From Longimicrobiales bacterium (GTDB lineage Bacteria > Gemmatimonadota > Gemmatimonadetes > Longimicrobiales > Gaopeijiaceae): 64,000 bases of DNA. Positions 48,828 through 58,471 of this stretch are shown here, in pieces. Both the position numbers and the translations under genes were made by a program. Numbering within the stretch: the first letter of the stretch is position 1; the number at the start of each line of letters is the position of its first letter. A model generated the notes under the pieces. It searched no databases, had not been told where the DNA came from, and worked only from the letters and a program-made list of their open reading frames with translations. The DNA is taken from positions 3,520,001 through 3,584,000 of the forward strand of contig OZ242008.1 of the NCBI GenBank assembly GCA_965204735.1, in the 5' to 3' direction.

Positions 48828-50439
48828 CCCCGCCGCCGGCCCGGCTTCGGGCGTCGTCCATCACCACCTCGAAGTCCTCTTCGTATCCGACCCGACCGAC
48901 GGACGGCAAGTACCGGGAAAGGTCGATCTCCGCACCGGCCAGCTCCCGGTCGAAGGCGGCCATCTCCCGCTTGGCGGCTTCCGAGTCGTCGTCCGACGTG
49001 GAGTAGACGATCTCGCCCAGCTTCTGGTCCTCCAGGCGAAGGGCGCGCCGGGTCAGCTCCGCTTCGACGAACGTCCGTCGGATCTGCGGAAAGCGGTAGC
49101 GAAAGCCGTCGTCGTCCGACGCCACGTCGGCGTCGAACTCGGCGGCCAGCGTCTCCAGCTCCTTCGTCGTCAGCCCGGCGACGTCCGAGGAGACCCCCTT
49201 TCCTCCCAGGCCGCGGGCCACGTGGCGGACCGCTTCGTCCACCGAGAGCCACCGCACTGTCCCCACGCTCCTCTGATACGCAAGCCCCAGCAGGAGCCGC
49301 CGAACGTTGCGCCGCCGCCGCTCCCGGTTCTCCCTGGCCAGCCCCAGCGACCGGAGGGCGGGAATGGCGAAGAAGAGCGTGCTGAACGCCACGGGGACGA
49401 CCCCGAGCCCCCAGAAGAAGAGCGGGTCCACCAGCGCGGCCCCGGCGGCGCCGGCGACGGCGCCGGCAGCGCCGGGCGCCGCCGCGGGAGCCAACCCCAA
49501 GACGCTTCCCGCCACCAAGTTGAAGCCGTTCATGCCTCCGATGACGGCGTTGGAGGTCCCGGCGTTCCCGGTCAGCTTCTTCGGGCGTTCCAGCCGCAAC
49601 CATGCCGGCTTGGGCTCCGACGCCCGAACTCTGCCGTGGGCGCTCTTCATCAGGGCGGGGAAGGCGTAGACGACTTCGCCCTCTTGCGAGACCCGCGGGT
49701 CGCCGCCGTAGGCGCCGGTCAGCCGTCCCATCTCTTCTTCCGCTTCCGGCAGGGGAAGGGCCGTGTGCTCCACCAGCTCGGCCGTGGCAAGCACGCCGTT
49801 TCGGGCTCGAACGAGCTGCAGGACGCTCCGGTCCTTCTGAAGCTGGGTGGGCCGGGGCTCTTCGGGACCGAAGACGAAGGCGAACACCTTCTTGTAGAAC
49901 GGCGGCTGGGCTTCCTTGGGAAGGCGCTCGGCGTGGCGGTGGCCGTAGTAGAGGCTCCCGCGTCCCCACCCGCTTCCGCCGAGGAGCCAGTGCATGAGGA
50001 AGAAGTCCCCCAGGCCGAAGCCGCCTCGCCGGCCGCCGAAGCCGCCGTTTCGGTCGCCGTCCCGGTTCGCGGTCATGGCCGCGATCACCAGCACCACGAA
50101 GACCACGAAGTAGACGACGAGCATCGCCGCGGTCCACACCTTGAACCCGATCTTGAAGGCGGCCCACGCGGCGCGCTTGAGCCGGACCCACAGCGCTTCC
50201 TGGTCCCGGGTCATGAGCTTCGGGTCGAAGCGGTAGAGGAGCTCGCCCGAGTCCGAAACCTCCAGATGCCCGCGACGGGTCTCCAGCAGCTTCTTCAGGG
50301 CGGACTCGGCCTCGTCCTGCGGCATGCCGGTGGCCGAGACCACGTCCCCCAGGGTGGCGCGTCCCCGGAGACGGCGCAGGGCGTCGAGAAGGCTGGCGGA
50401 GGGCTCGGCGGCGGCGGCAGCGACGGCTGTGCTGGACAA
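48760..50439 (-). CDS. Hypothetical membrane protein with probable winged-helix-like segments
   Basis: Long coding-like ORF, TM segments, repeated GE(L/V/I)(L/V)Y motif. Confidence 0.75.
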   Translation of the reverse strand: MSSTAVAAAAAEPSASLLDALRRLRGRATLGDVVSATGMPQDEAESALKKLLETRRGHLEVSDSGELLYRFDPKLMTRDQEALWVRLKRAAWAAFKIGFKVWTAAMLVVYFVVFVVLVIAAMTANRDGDRNGGFGGRRGGFGLGDFFLMHWLLGGSGWGRGSLYYGHRHAERLPKEAQPPFYKKVFAFVFGPEEPRPTQLQKDRSVLQLVRARNGVLATAELVEHTALPLPEAEEEMGRLTGAYGGDPRVSQEGEVVYAFPALMKSAHGRVRASEPKPAWLRLERPKKLTGNAGTSNAVIGGMNGFNLVAGSVLGLAPAAAPGAAGAVAGAAGAALVDPLFFWGLGVVPVAFSTLFFAIPALRSLGLARENRERRRRNVRRLLLGLAYQRSVGTVRWLSVDEAVRHVARGLGGKGVSSDVAGLTTKELETLAAEFDADVASDDDGFRYRFPQIRRTFVEAELTRRALRLEDQKLGEIVYSTSDDDSEAAKREMAAFDRELAGAEIDLSRYLPSVGRVGYEEDFEVVMDDARSRAGGGATSPRSLRRRSPGRQAGPWRSR

Positions 50440-50484
50440 TGGCGGAGTTCCTGCAGTGGCGGTGGCGGATCGGCCCGTCCAAAG

Positions 50485-50720
50485 CTAACCCACCACGGGA
50501 GCCGGCGGACCCAGCTCGATGGCGTCCGCCGCCCGCTCGCCGCCTTCCACTCGCTCGCCGTCCTCCGGCAAGCCGCCGTCCGCAGGCCGGATTCCCCGGC
50601 CCGATCCGTCGCGCCGGCCCAGCAGGAAGTCGACGCGGGACGAACCCCAGGCCGCTTCGCTGCGTAGAAGGCTCCATCCCGACAGCTCGGCGATCGCTCC
50701 GGTCCTCAGCGCCGCGTGGG
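50485..50720 (-). pseudogene. Probable sfsA remnant
   Basis: ALRTGAIAELSGWSLLRSEAAWGSSRVDFLL resembles the SfsA mid-region; the EVK/FPD catalytic segment is absent. Confidence 0.45.
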
Positions 50721-50847
50721 CGGGACGGCGGGCGGCGGGAGCATAGCGACCGATGCGAGCGGGGAGGTGGAGGGGACGATGATCAAACGATGACGGCTGC
50801 TCCATAGGCTTCGGTTTCCAAGACCAAACCTCAGCCAGGAGCCTGCG

Positions 50848-51705
50848 ATGTCGAACCGTCAGAGTGGCCCGGGGATCGTCTCCCTCATGCGGCCTCCGTA
50901 CCGCAACCTGCGCCCTGTGGACCCTACGCGGCCCGTCCAGCCCAGGGGAGGCGGTTGGGTCATGGTGTGGAACTTGGCGGCGAACGGGTGGCCGAGCGGA
51001 AGCGACTTCGTGACCGGGCGGCACGCCGGCGTGACCCTGGCCATCGTCCTGCCCGACGAGAACGGGTTGGCCATCGCCCAGGTCCTTCGGGCAATCGAGC
51101 GGTCGCGCCCACAGGCGGTCCTGCCGTATCACCACGCCGCTCCGCGTCCCGCCGACGTGGCGTCCGTGATCCGACGCCCGCCCGCCTCCCTTTCCGCCGC
51201 CGTCAGCGAGTACCTGGACTGGCGAGGGTTCGCCCTGAACCCCGTCACCAGGAGCGTGGTTCGCAGAACCGTGGAGCTCAGCGCCCACGTGCAGACGATC
51301 ACCGCCCTAGCCAAGAACCTCTACATGTCCCGGCGCGCTCTGGGGCGGCGCTTCACCGGCAGCGGCCTGCCGACGCCGTCCCATTGGCTTCACGCCGCTC
51401 GGATCCTGCGCGCTTCGATCAAGCTCCAGAACTCTGACGCCAGCCTCTTCAGCATAGCCGTCTCGCTGGGATACCCGGACGGGTTCTCGCTGAGCAACCA
51501 GATGAGTCGGCTCTGCGGCGTCCGCCCCCTCGACACCCGAACCCAGTTGGGATGGGAGTGGATCATGGAGTGCTGGCTGGCCCGGGAGGCGGAGAAGGGA
51601 AACATCTCCCGGAAGGTTCTGCGCGCCCGCCCGTCCGTCGTTCCGCCGCAGATCGAAGGCGCCGCGGACGACTCGCCCCGCCCCAAGGCTGCCATCTCCC
51701 GATAG
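50848..51705 (+). CDS. AraC-type HTH regulator
   Basis: LAKNLYMSRRALGRRF, IAVSLGYPDGFSLSNQMSRLCGVRP. Confidence 0.8.
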   Translation: MSNRQSGPGIVSLMRPPYRNLRPVDPTRPVQPRGGGWVMVWNLAANGWPSGSDFVTGRHAGVTLAIVLPDENGLAIAQVLRAIERSRPQAVLPYHHAAPRPADVASVIRRPPASLSAAVSEYLDWRGFALNPVTRSVVRRTVELSAHVQTITALAKNLYMSRRALGRRFTGSGLPTPSHWLHAARILRASIKLQNSDASLFSIAVSLGYPDGFSLSNQMSRLCGVRPLDTRTQLGWEWIMECWLAREAEKGNISRKVLRARPSVVPPQIEGAADDSPRPKAAISR

Positions 51706-51729
51706 GTCCGGGTTTCGGGCAGCCGCTCC

Positions 51730-54700
51730 GTGGCCCGCTGGCCGGAACTCCGGCTGGAACTCTTCGGCGGACCTTCCCTCCAGCGAGACGGACGCCACGT
51801 GGGGACATCTCCCTACCAGGCCGCGCTCCTGGCCGTCGTCTTCGGCGAGGGCAGGGACCGCCTCGCGCGATCGTTCGTCCATCGGCTCCTCTGGGAGGAC
51901 GCGCACCGCCGAGCCGTCAGTCATCGCGCCAGCCAGCTGGTCTACCAGACGAACCGGCGCTGCGGAGCTCGAGTGCTCTCGTTGGAGGGGGAGTTCGTCC
52001 GCGTATGCGCCGGGACCGTCGGCTGCGACCTGGACGACTTCGAGGAGATGATCCGCGTTCCCCGCTTCGGGGACGCCTGCCAGCTGCTGGAGCGCGGCTT
52101 CCTCTCCGCGTTCCCGCGCCGAAGGACGCGGGCGCTGGCGGGCTGGATCGAGGAGCGGAGGGCCACCATGCGGGCCAAGCTTCGCCGGAAGGCTCTTTCG
52201 ATCTGGGAGTTCGCGGAGCGTTCCGGCGACTGGTCCCACGCGCGCCAAGCCGCCGAAGCGCTGCTCCGCCTCGAGCCCCACGACGAGACGGTGCTTCGCC
52301 GAGTCATGAAGGCCACGGCCCTGGGCGGCATGGTCCGGGAGGCCGAGGCCGTGTATCAAGCCTTCGCCGACCAGGCGAGGCCGTCGGGAGAGTGGGTTCC
52401 CGAGCGGGAGACCACCGCCTTGCTGCGCTCCGTCCAGTCGGCGGTCCGCATCCCCGAAGCGGCGTCCAGGGCCGCGCCCCCGCTGGAGGTGGAGGCGCCG
52501 TTCCTCGGTCGGGAAGAAGAGCTGGCGCACGTGGCGCGCAGCATCTTCGGAAGGGAGGCGGGCGACCGCCTGCGCGTCGTGGTGGTCGGCGGCGAGGCGG
52601 GGATCGGCAAGACGAGACTTGTGGAGGAGGCGATTCACGGCGCGCGCTTTCGGGGCTACCGGGTCTTGCGGGCGGCCACGGCCGAGCTGGAGCAGGAGAT
52701 GCCGCTGCGGCCGCTGCTGGAAGGGCTGAACCAGCCTTGGACGGGTGCGCTGCTGCGCGCCGTCGAAGACCCGTGGCGATCCACGCTCCTCTCTCTCATG
52801 CCCCAGTTCCATGAAGGACCGGACCCCCGGCCCAACTCCACTGGGCCCAACTCCACTGCATCCAGCCCGGAGGCTGTCGCCAAGCGCGCGTGCGAAGCGT
52901 TCCTGCACTTGTTCGAAGCCGTCGCCCGCGATCGGCCGACGATCTTCTTCTTGGACGACCTGCATTGGGCCGACCCGGCGACGCTGGCCGTCCTTCAGCT
53001 CGTTCGCCGCCGCTGGGGGCCGAACCGCTTCACGCTGGCGCTGGCGTATCGGCCGGAGGAGCTGCCCGCGCGCGGTCCGGCTTTCCGGCTCGCGCGGGAC
53101 CTGGAGGCGGACCCTCGCGCGACGACGATGCGCCTGGGTCGGCTGGGCGCGGAGCAGGCCCGGGAGGTTGCGGCGGCCGTCTCGGCCCGGTCTCTGTCGG
53201 ACGCGGCGCTGGACCAAGTCGCGGCGCTGGCAGGAGGCAACCCCTTCTTCCTGATCGAACTAGCGGAGGAATGGGCCGCCGACCGCATCCCGGCACGGCC
53301 CCAGGAGAAGCTGCCGGCGCCGACCTCGATGCGCCGGCTGATCCTCCGTCGCATGGCGCAGCTGGACCCCGTCGCCGCAAGGGTGGCCGCCGCGCTCTCG
53401 GTCTGCGGTCGCACCGTCGCGCTGGGGAAGCTGTGCCAGATCGCCGGCGCCGGCCGCATGGAATGCGTGGCCGCGTTGGAGACCCTCAGGCGGCTTCGGT
53501 TCGTCCGATGGACCGACGGCGGCGTCGGCATCCGCAACGAGATCGTTCGGAAGACGGTGTACGACGATCTCGATCCGACCCGTCGGGCCCTGCTACGCTC
53601 GGCCGCGGCCGAGACGCTGCGCTCCGTCTCCCGCCCGCCGCTGGACCAAGTCGCCCTCCACTTCTCTCGAGCCGGAGGGCGCGAGCCGGCCGACCGCTTC
53701 GCGGCGGCAGCCGCGGACGAGCATGGACGCCCCGCCGACCGCATGGGACTTCTTGGCCCGACCCGCGACGCCGGGCAGGAGCGGGACGGTCGTTCCGTTG
53801 CCGCGCGCTTGGCGCAGGCCCACTACGACTCCCAGGAGCTGGCGGACGCCCGCCGCTGGGGCGAGGAGGCCCTGAAGAACGCCCAGGGACTCTCGAGCGC
53901 GGCGAGGATCGAGATGGAGCTGGTGAGCGCCGTCGCCCGTTGGCGCCTCGGGGTCGACCCGCCTGCAACGACCTTGGCCACGCTGGCCGCACTGGAGAAG
54001 ACGGCGCTCGAGGAGCAGGAGGAGACCCTCGCCGCCCGAGTCCTGGACGCCACGTTGGAGGCAATGGAGGCGACGCCCGCCGAAGGGCCTGGCGGCGAAG
54101 CCGAAGTCGCGGACCTCGGCGCCAGGGCTCGCGGCATGACCGCCTGCGCAGAGCCTGCGGCGCGATGCCGGATCATGGCGCTGTTGGCCGCCGACCCAAG
54201 CGCCGGCCCCGCCTCCGGGCCGCCGTCGGCGAGAGTGGCCTGGAGCCGACGGGCCATGGCGCTCGTCCGCGACGAGAAGCTCGGGGCGGAGGAGATGCTG
54301 GCCTGTCAGCGACACGTGCTGGCGTTGGCCGCAAACGGCCTGCTGGCGACCGCCGAGGGCCGCGCCGCGGTGGCGCGGGCCCGCGCGGCCGCTGCGACGA
54401 CTCGCGACGCCCGCGCCCGGGCTCTCTTCCTCTTTCAGCTCGCCGACTGGCACGTCGTCTCGGGCGCTTCCGAGGCGGCCGCCGAGATCATGGCCGAGTA
54501 CCGCGCCGCCCTGGGCTCCACCGACTGTCCCGGCCTCCGCTTTCTGGAACAGTTCGGGCAGGGCGCGACGGCCCTGGGGCAGGGCGACCTGGGCGCAGCC
54601 GAGAGCGCCTTCGCCGAAGCCCGGGAGCTGCCGACGCAGTGCATCTCCCGGCGACTCCTCGCCAGGCTGGCCGGACTGGATGGGCAGCTGCTGCTGGATC

Positions 54701-55020
54701 TGGGACGCATCCGTCAGGCGGGCGAGCTTGCGAAGCGCGCGCCCGTCAAGGCAGGTGCCCCCGGCGACCTGCTTGCGTTTCACGCGCGCTACCTGTCCCG
54801 CGTCGGCGAGGCCGGCCGGGCCGTGGCGTTGCTGAAGAGGGGCTTGGCGGAGACTCGGTCGACGCGGCCCGTCTCTTGGCTGCGCCTGGCGCTGGAGTTC
54901 GTGCGCTTGGCGCGTCGGAGCGGTCGGCCCCGCGCCGAGCTGGCTCGACTGGCCCGCACTCGGGCCCACGAGCTGGAGCTGCCCGGCCTGGCCCACGAAT
55001 TCGTGCCCTACGTCGACTGA
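51730..55020 (+). CDS. BTAD + AAA ATPase (SARP/STAND-like) regulator
   Basis: LELFGGP, LEPHDE BTAD region, GEAGIGKT, LDDLHWAD, AGGNPFFL, helical C-terminus. Confidence 0.85.
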   Translation: MARWPELRLELFGGPSLQRDGRHVGTSPYQAALLAVVFGEGRDRLARSFVHRLLWEDAHRRAVSHRASQLVYQTNRRCGARVLSLEGEFVRVCAGTVGCDLDDFEEMIRVPRFGDACQLLERGFLSAFPRRRTRALAGWIEERRATMRAKLRRKALSIWEFAERSGDWSHARQAAEALLRLEPHDETVLRRVMKATALGGMVREAEAVYQAFADQARPSGEWVPERETTALLRSVQSAVRIPEAASRAAPPLEVEAPFLGREEELAHVARSIFGREAGDRLRVVVVGGEAGIGKTRLVEEAIHGARFRGYRVLRAATAELEQEMPLRPLLEGLNQPWTGALLRAVEDPWRSTLLSLMPQFHEGPDPRPNSTGPNSTASSPEAVAKRACEAFLHLFEAVARDRPTIFFLDDLHWADPATLAVLQLVRRRWGPNRFTLALAYRPEELPARGPAFRLARDLEADPRATTMRLGRLGAEQAREVAAAVSARSLSDAALDQVAALAGGNPFFLIELAEEWAADRIPARPQEKLPAPTSMRRLILRRMAQLDPVAARVAAALSVCGRTVALGKLCQIAGAGRMECVAALETLRRLRFVRWTDGGVGIRNEIVRKTVYDDLDPTRRALLRSAAAETLRSVSRPPLDQVALHFSRAGGREPADRFAAAAADEHGRPADRMGLLGPTRDAGQERDGRSVAARLAQAHYDSQELADARRWGEEALKNAQGLSSAARIEMELVSAVARWRLGVDPPATTLATLAALEKTALEEQEETLAARVLDATLEAMEATPAEGPGGEAEVADLGARARGMTACAEPAARCRIMALLAADPSAGPASGPPSARVAWSRRAMALVRDEKLGAEEMLACQRHVLALAANGLLATAEGRAAVARARAAAATTRDARARALFLFQLADWHVVSGASEAAAEIMAEYRAALGSTDCPGLRFLEQFGQGATALGQGDLGAAESAFAEARELPTQCISRRLLARLAGLDGQLLLDLGRIRQAGELAKRAPVKAGAPGDLLAFHARYLSRVGEAGRAVALLKRGLAETRSTRPVSWLRLALEFVRLARRSGRPRAELARLARTRAHELELPGLAHEFVPYVD

Positions 55021-55095
55021 CGATGCGCCGGATCGGAGACGTCGCGCGCGCCGACGCCCGTTCCGAATGCTCCCGCCGAGTGTAGATTTCCCCGG

Positions 55096-55362
55096 ATGAG
55101 GACGGTCGAAGGAGAGGCCCGCCGGGCGCTGTCGAGGCTCCGCAGGTCCGTGGAGAAGGCCCGCCGGGAGCTGGGCGCGCTGCGGGCCGCGTTGGAAGAG
55201 GCCGAAGGAGGGGACTTTCCCTCGGACAAGTACGAGGAGTGCGACGAGCGCTTGGCTGCGACGACGGGCTGGATCGGCGAAGAGGAGGCGCGCCTCCGAG
55301 CCAAGACGCTGCGCGCCGGCGGGCTGGAGCCAAGCACGCTCCGGAGGTCGCCGGAACGATGA
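55096..55362 (+). CDS. Hypothetical coiled-coil protein
   Basis: 88 aa; ATGA overlap with the next gene. Confidence 0.65.
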   Translation: MRTVEGEARRALSRLRRSVEKARRELGALRAALEEAEGGDFPSDKYEECDERLAATTGWIGEEEARLRAKTLRAGGLEPSTLRRSPER

Positions 55363-57146
55363 GACGCAGGGAGTTCGTTGCCCGGGGCACCGCCGGCTTG
55401 GCCGCCTTCTCTTCGTTGCCGGGCCGGTCGGGGCCGCTTGGCCGGACGGAGCTGCGGGGACGCGGAGCAGCTCCGTCGAGCGCCCAGCCGGAAGTTGTCG
55501 TGCGCGGAGGAACGGTCTTCGACGGAACCGGCGGCCCGCCCCTTGCCGGCGATGTGGCGGTGTCCGGCGACCGCATCGTCCACGTCGGCCGCGTCTCGGC
55601 CCGCGGCGCTGCGGAGATCGACGCCCGCGGAATGGCGGTCGCCCCGGGGTTCGTGGACATCCACTCCCACGCGGACCTCTCGCTGCTCGTCAACCCTGCC
55701 GCGGAAAGCCGGGTCCGCCAGGGGGTCACGCTGGAGGTGGTCGGCCAGGACGGCAGCTCCGTCGGTCCCTGGGGCGACGCCGCCTTCGAATCGGTTCGCG
55801 ACCGCTACCGTCGGAGCTGGGACGTCGAGATCGACTTTCGGGACCTGGGCGGCTTCCTGGACAGGATCGACCAGGAGCGGCCGGCGGTGAGCGTGGCGAC
55901 GATGGTGGGCCACGGCACGATCCGCAGCCGCGTCGTGGGCGGCGCGAGCCGTCCCGCCACCCCTTCCGAGGTGGACCAGATGCGGTCGCTCGTGCGCGGC
56001 GCCCTGGCCCAAGGCGCGGTCGGCCTCTCCACCGGACTGGAGTACACGCCCGGCAGCTTCGCCTCCCTGGAGGAGCTGACGGCCCTGGCCGGAGAGCTGC
56101 GGGACTCCCCGTACCCCTACGCCTCCCACTTGCGCAACGAGGACGACCGGCTTCTCGCAGCCCTGGAGGAAGCCCTGCACGTGGGTCGGGCCGCCGGCGT
56201 CCCCGTCCAGGTGTCGCACCTCAAGGCCCAGGGCGAGCGCAACTACTGGAAAGCGGACGCCGCCCTCGCCGCGATCGAGGCCGCCCGGACCGCAGGCGTG
56301 GACGCCCACTTCGACCGCTATCCGTACACCGCCTACGCAACCAGCCTCTCCAACCTCTTCCCCGCGTCCGCCCGCTCCGGCGGCGCCGCCCGGCTGCTGG
56401 AGCGCCTGGACGACCCGTCCCAGGGTCCGGCGCTGGAGCGCGCGTGCCGCGACAAGGTCGCCCTGCTCGGGTCGTGGGACGCGGTGCAAGTCAGCGGCTC
56501 CGGCGGCATCGCGCCGCGCGCCCGCGGCCGCCGACTGGGCGAGCTCGCTCGGGAGCTGGGCGACGACCCCTACGAAGTCGCGGTCCGCCTCATCCGAGAG
56601 AGCGGCGGCCGCGTCGGAATGATCGGCTTCGGCATGTCGGAGGAGAACACGGAGCGCCTCCTGGCCCACCCCCTGGGGATGGTGTGCTCCGACGGCGGCG
56701 CCTATGCGCCCTACGGCCCCCTCTCGGCGTCGTCGCCCCATCCCCGGGGCTACGGCAGCTTCCCGCGGGTCCTCGGCCGCTACGTCCGGGAGCGGAACGC
56801 GCTGACGCTGGAAGCCGCGGTCCACAAGATGACGGGCCTGCCCGCGGCCAAGCTGGGACTGGCGGACCGGGGCGCGGTCCGCGCGGGGGCCGTCGCCGAC
56901 CTGGTGGTGTTCGACCCGGACCAGGTCGGCGACGGAGCCACCTTCGAGCAACCTCATCAGTACCCGACGGGCGTTCGCCACGTGCTCGTCGGCGGCGTGC
57001 ACACGATCCGCGACGGCGAGCAGACCGGGCGCCGGGGCGGGCGCGCCGTGCGGGGCGTCGGCGCCGGCCGACAGGGGCCCGGCTCGGCGTCGGTCCGCGC
57101 TTCACGGCCAGGCGTGGGCGCCCGCGGGCCGGGACCCCGCCGCTGA
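55359..57146 (+). CDS. Tat-exported N-acyl-D-amino-acid deacylase
   Basis: RRREFV, PGFVDIHSH, GLSTGLEY, SHLK, DRYPY, HPRGYGSFPRVLG. Confidence 0.9.
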   Translation: MRRREFVARGTAGLAAFSSLPGRSGPLGRTELRGRGAAPSSAQPEVVVRGGTVFDGTGGPPLAGDVAVSGDRIVHVGRVSARGAAEIDARGMAVAPGFVDIHSHADLSLLVNPAAESRVRQGVTLEVVGQDGSSVGPWGDAAFESVRDRYRRSWDVEIDFRDLGGFLDRIDQERPAVSVATMVGHGTIRSRVVGGASRPATPSEVDQMRSLVRGALAQGAVGLSTGLEYTPGSFASLEELTALAGELRDSPYPYASHLRNEDDRLLAALEEALHVGRAAGVPVQVSHLKAQGERNYWKADAALAAIEAARTAGVDAHFDRYPYTAYATSLSNLFPASARSGGAARLLERLDDPSQGPALERACRDKVALLGSWDAVQVSGSGGIAPRARGRRLGELARELGDDPYEVAVRLIRESGGRVGMIGFGMSEENTERLLAHPLGMVCSDGGAYAPYGPLSASSPHPRGYGSFPRVLGRYVRERNALTLEAAVHKMTGLPAAKLGLADRGAVRAGAVADLVVFDPDQVGDGATFEQPHQYPTGVRHVLVGGVHTIRDGEQTGRRGGRAVRGVGAGRQGPGSASVRASRPGVGARGPGPRR

Positions 57147-58471
57147 TTCCAGAGCCGCTGCCGGCCCTGGCCGACGCGCTGGGCGCGTGGTTCGCGCGCT
57201 GGGAGGCGCCGGATCAGCGCCCGACGGCGACGGCGCCCGATGTCGCGGGCGCGCCCCCTCGCAACGTGACCGCCAAGGCGCCGGATCAGCCTCCGACGGC
57301 ATCGGCGCCCGAGGCCTTCGACGACGACGCCTTCAACCACTGGGCCTTGCGGGTCCACGCCTGCCAGCGCGCGACCACTCCAGCGCTGCGCCGCTTCTGG
57401 GACGCGGCGGGCTGCCGGTCGCCGACGCGCTGGGAAGAGATCCCTCCCGTTCCCGCTGCCGCCTTCCGGGACGTCGTCGTCGGCCCGGAGGCGGCGGAGG
57501 CGGTGTTCCGCACCAGCGGCACCACCGGGGGGCAGGGAAGAAGGGGCGAGCATCGCGTCGCCAGCTTGGCCCTCTACCGAGCCGCCGCCCGCGGCAACTA
57601 CCGCCGCCACCTCTTGCAGGGGACGAGGTCCACCCGCGTCGTGTCCTTGGTCCCCAACCCGGTCGCCGTGCCGGAGTCGTCCCTGGCGGCGATGGCGGGG
57701 TTCGTCTGCGGGGAAGCGGAGGTGTCGGCCGCGACCTGGGCCTTCGACGCGAACACCGGGGTCGACGCGGAGGCCGTTCGGCGGGCCGCGGCCGCTTCCC
57801 TCCGTTCCCAGGAACCCGTGCTGCTGCTGGCCACCGCCTTCGCGCTCGTCCAGCTCATGGACGCGGTCGAAGGCGCCGGCGGGGGCTCCGCGGACGAAGG
57901 GCTCCGGCTCCCGCCCGGGTCCCGAGTCATGGAGACGGGCGGCTTCAAGGCGCGGACGGCGGAGGTGGACCGGGAGTCCCTGTACCGCCGGATCCGCACC
58001 GTCCTGGGAGTGCCCGAGTCCCACGTGACCAGCGAGTACGGGATGACCGAACTTCTCTCCCAGGCATACGACGCCGTCGCCGGCGCCGCCGGACCCCCGG
58101 CTGCCCGGGTTCATCGGTTTCCGCCTTGGGTCCGAACCCGCGCCCTGGACCCGTCCACCCTGACGCCGCGGCCGCCCGGCCGTCCCGGACTGCTGGCCCA
58201 CTTCGACCTGGCCAACGCGGGCTCCGCTTGCCCCGTGCTCACAGAAGACGTGGGGGCGACGACCGGAGACGGCGGCTTTCGTCTCCACGGGCGCGCGTCG
58301 GGCGCCGTTCCCAGGGGCTGCTCCCTGCTGGCCGAAGCTTTCTTCCGGGCCGCCGACACTCGGGCTGGGACCGCCGACGCTCGGCGCGCGACCGCCGGTG
58401 CCACAGGGTCCATGGGCGCCCCGGAAGCGCCCAGCCGCCCGGCGACCGCCGAGGCCCCCGGCCGGTCGTGA
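57143..58471 (+). CDS. LuxE/PaaK-like acyl-protein synthetase
   Basis: FRTSGTT, METGGFK, SEYGMTELLSQ, DLAN; start uncertain (CTG at CTGA overlap or GTG 57266). Confidence 0.8.
   Translation: MIPEPLPALADALGAWFARWEAPDQRPTATAPDVAGAPPRNVTAKAPDQPPTASAPEAFDDDAFNHWALRVHACQRATTPALRRFWDAAGCRSPTRWEEIPPVPAAAFRDVVVGPEAAEAVFRTSGTTGGQGRRGEHRVASLALYRAAARGNYRRHLLQGTRSTRVVSLVPNPVAVPESSLAAMAGFVCGEAEVSAATWAFDANTGVDAEAVRRAAAASLRSQEPVLLLATAFALVQLMDAVEGAGGGSADEGLRLPPGSRVMETGGFKARTAEVDRESLYRRIRTVLGVPESHVTSEYGMTELLSQAYDAVAGAAGPPAARVHRFPPWVRTRALDPSTLTPRPPGRPGLLAHFDLANAGSACPVLTEDVGATTGDGGFRLHGRASGAVPRGCSLLAEAFFRAADTRAGTADARRATAGATGSMGAPEAPSRPATAEAPGRS
57204..57312. repeat. 37-bp direct repeat pair with 35-bp insert, in frame
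   Basis: aggcgccggatcagc..ccgacggc..cggcgcccga at 57204-57240 and 57276-57312 (4 mismatches). Confidence 0.85.
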
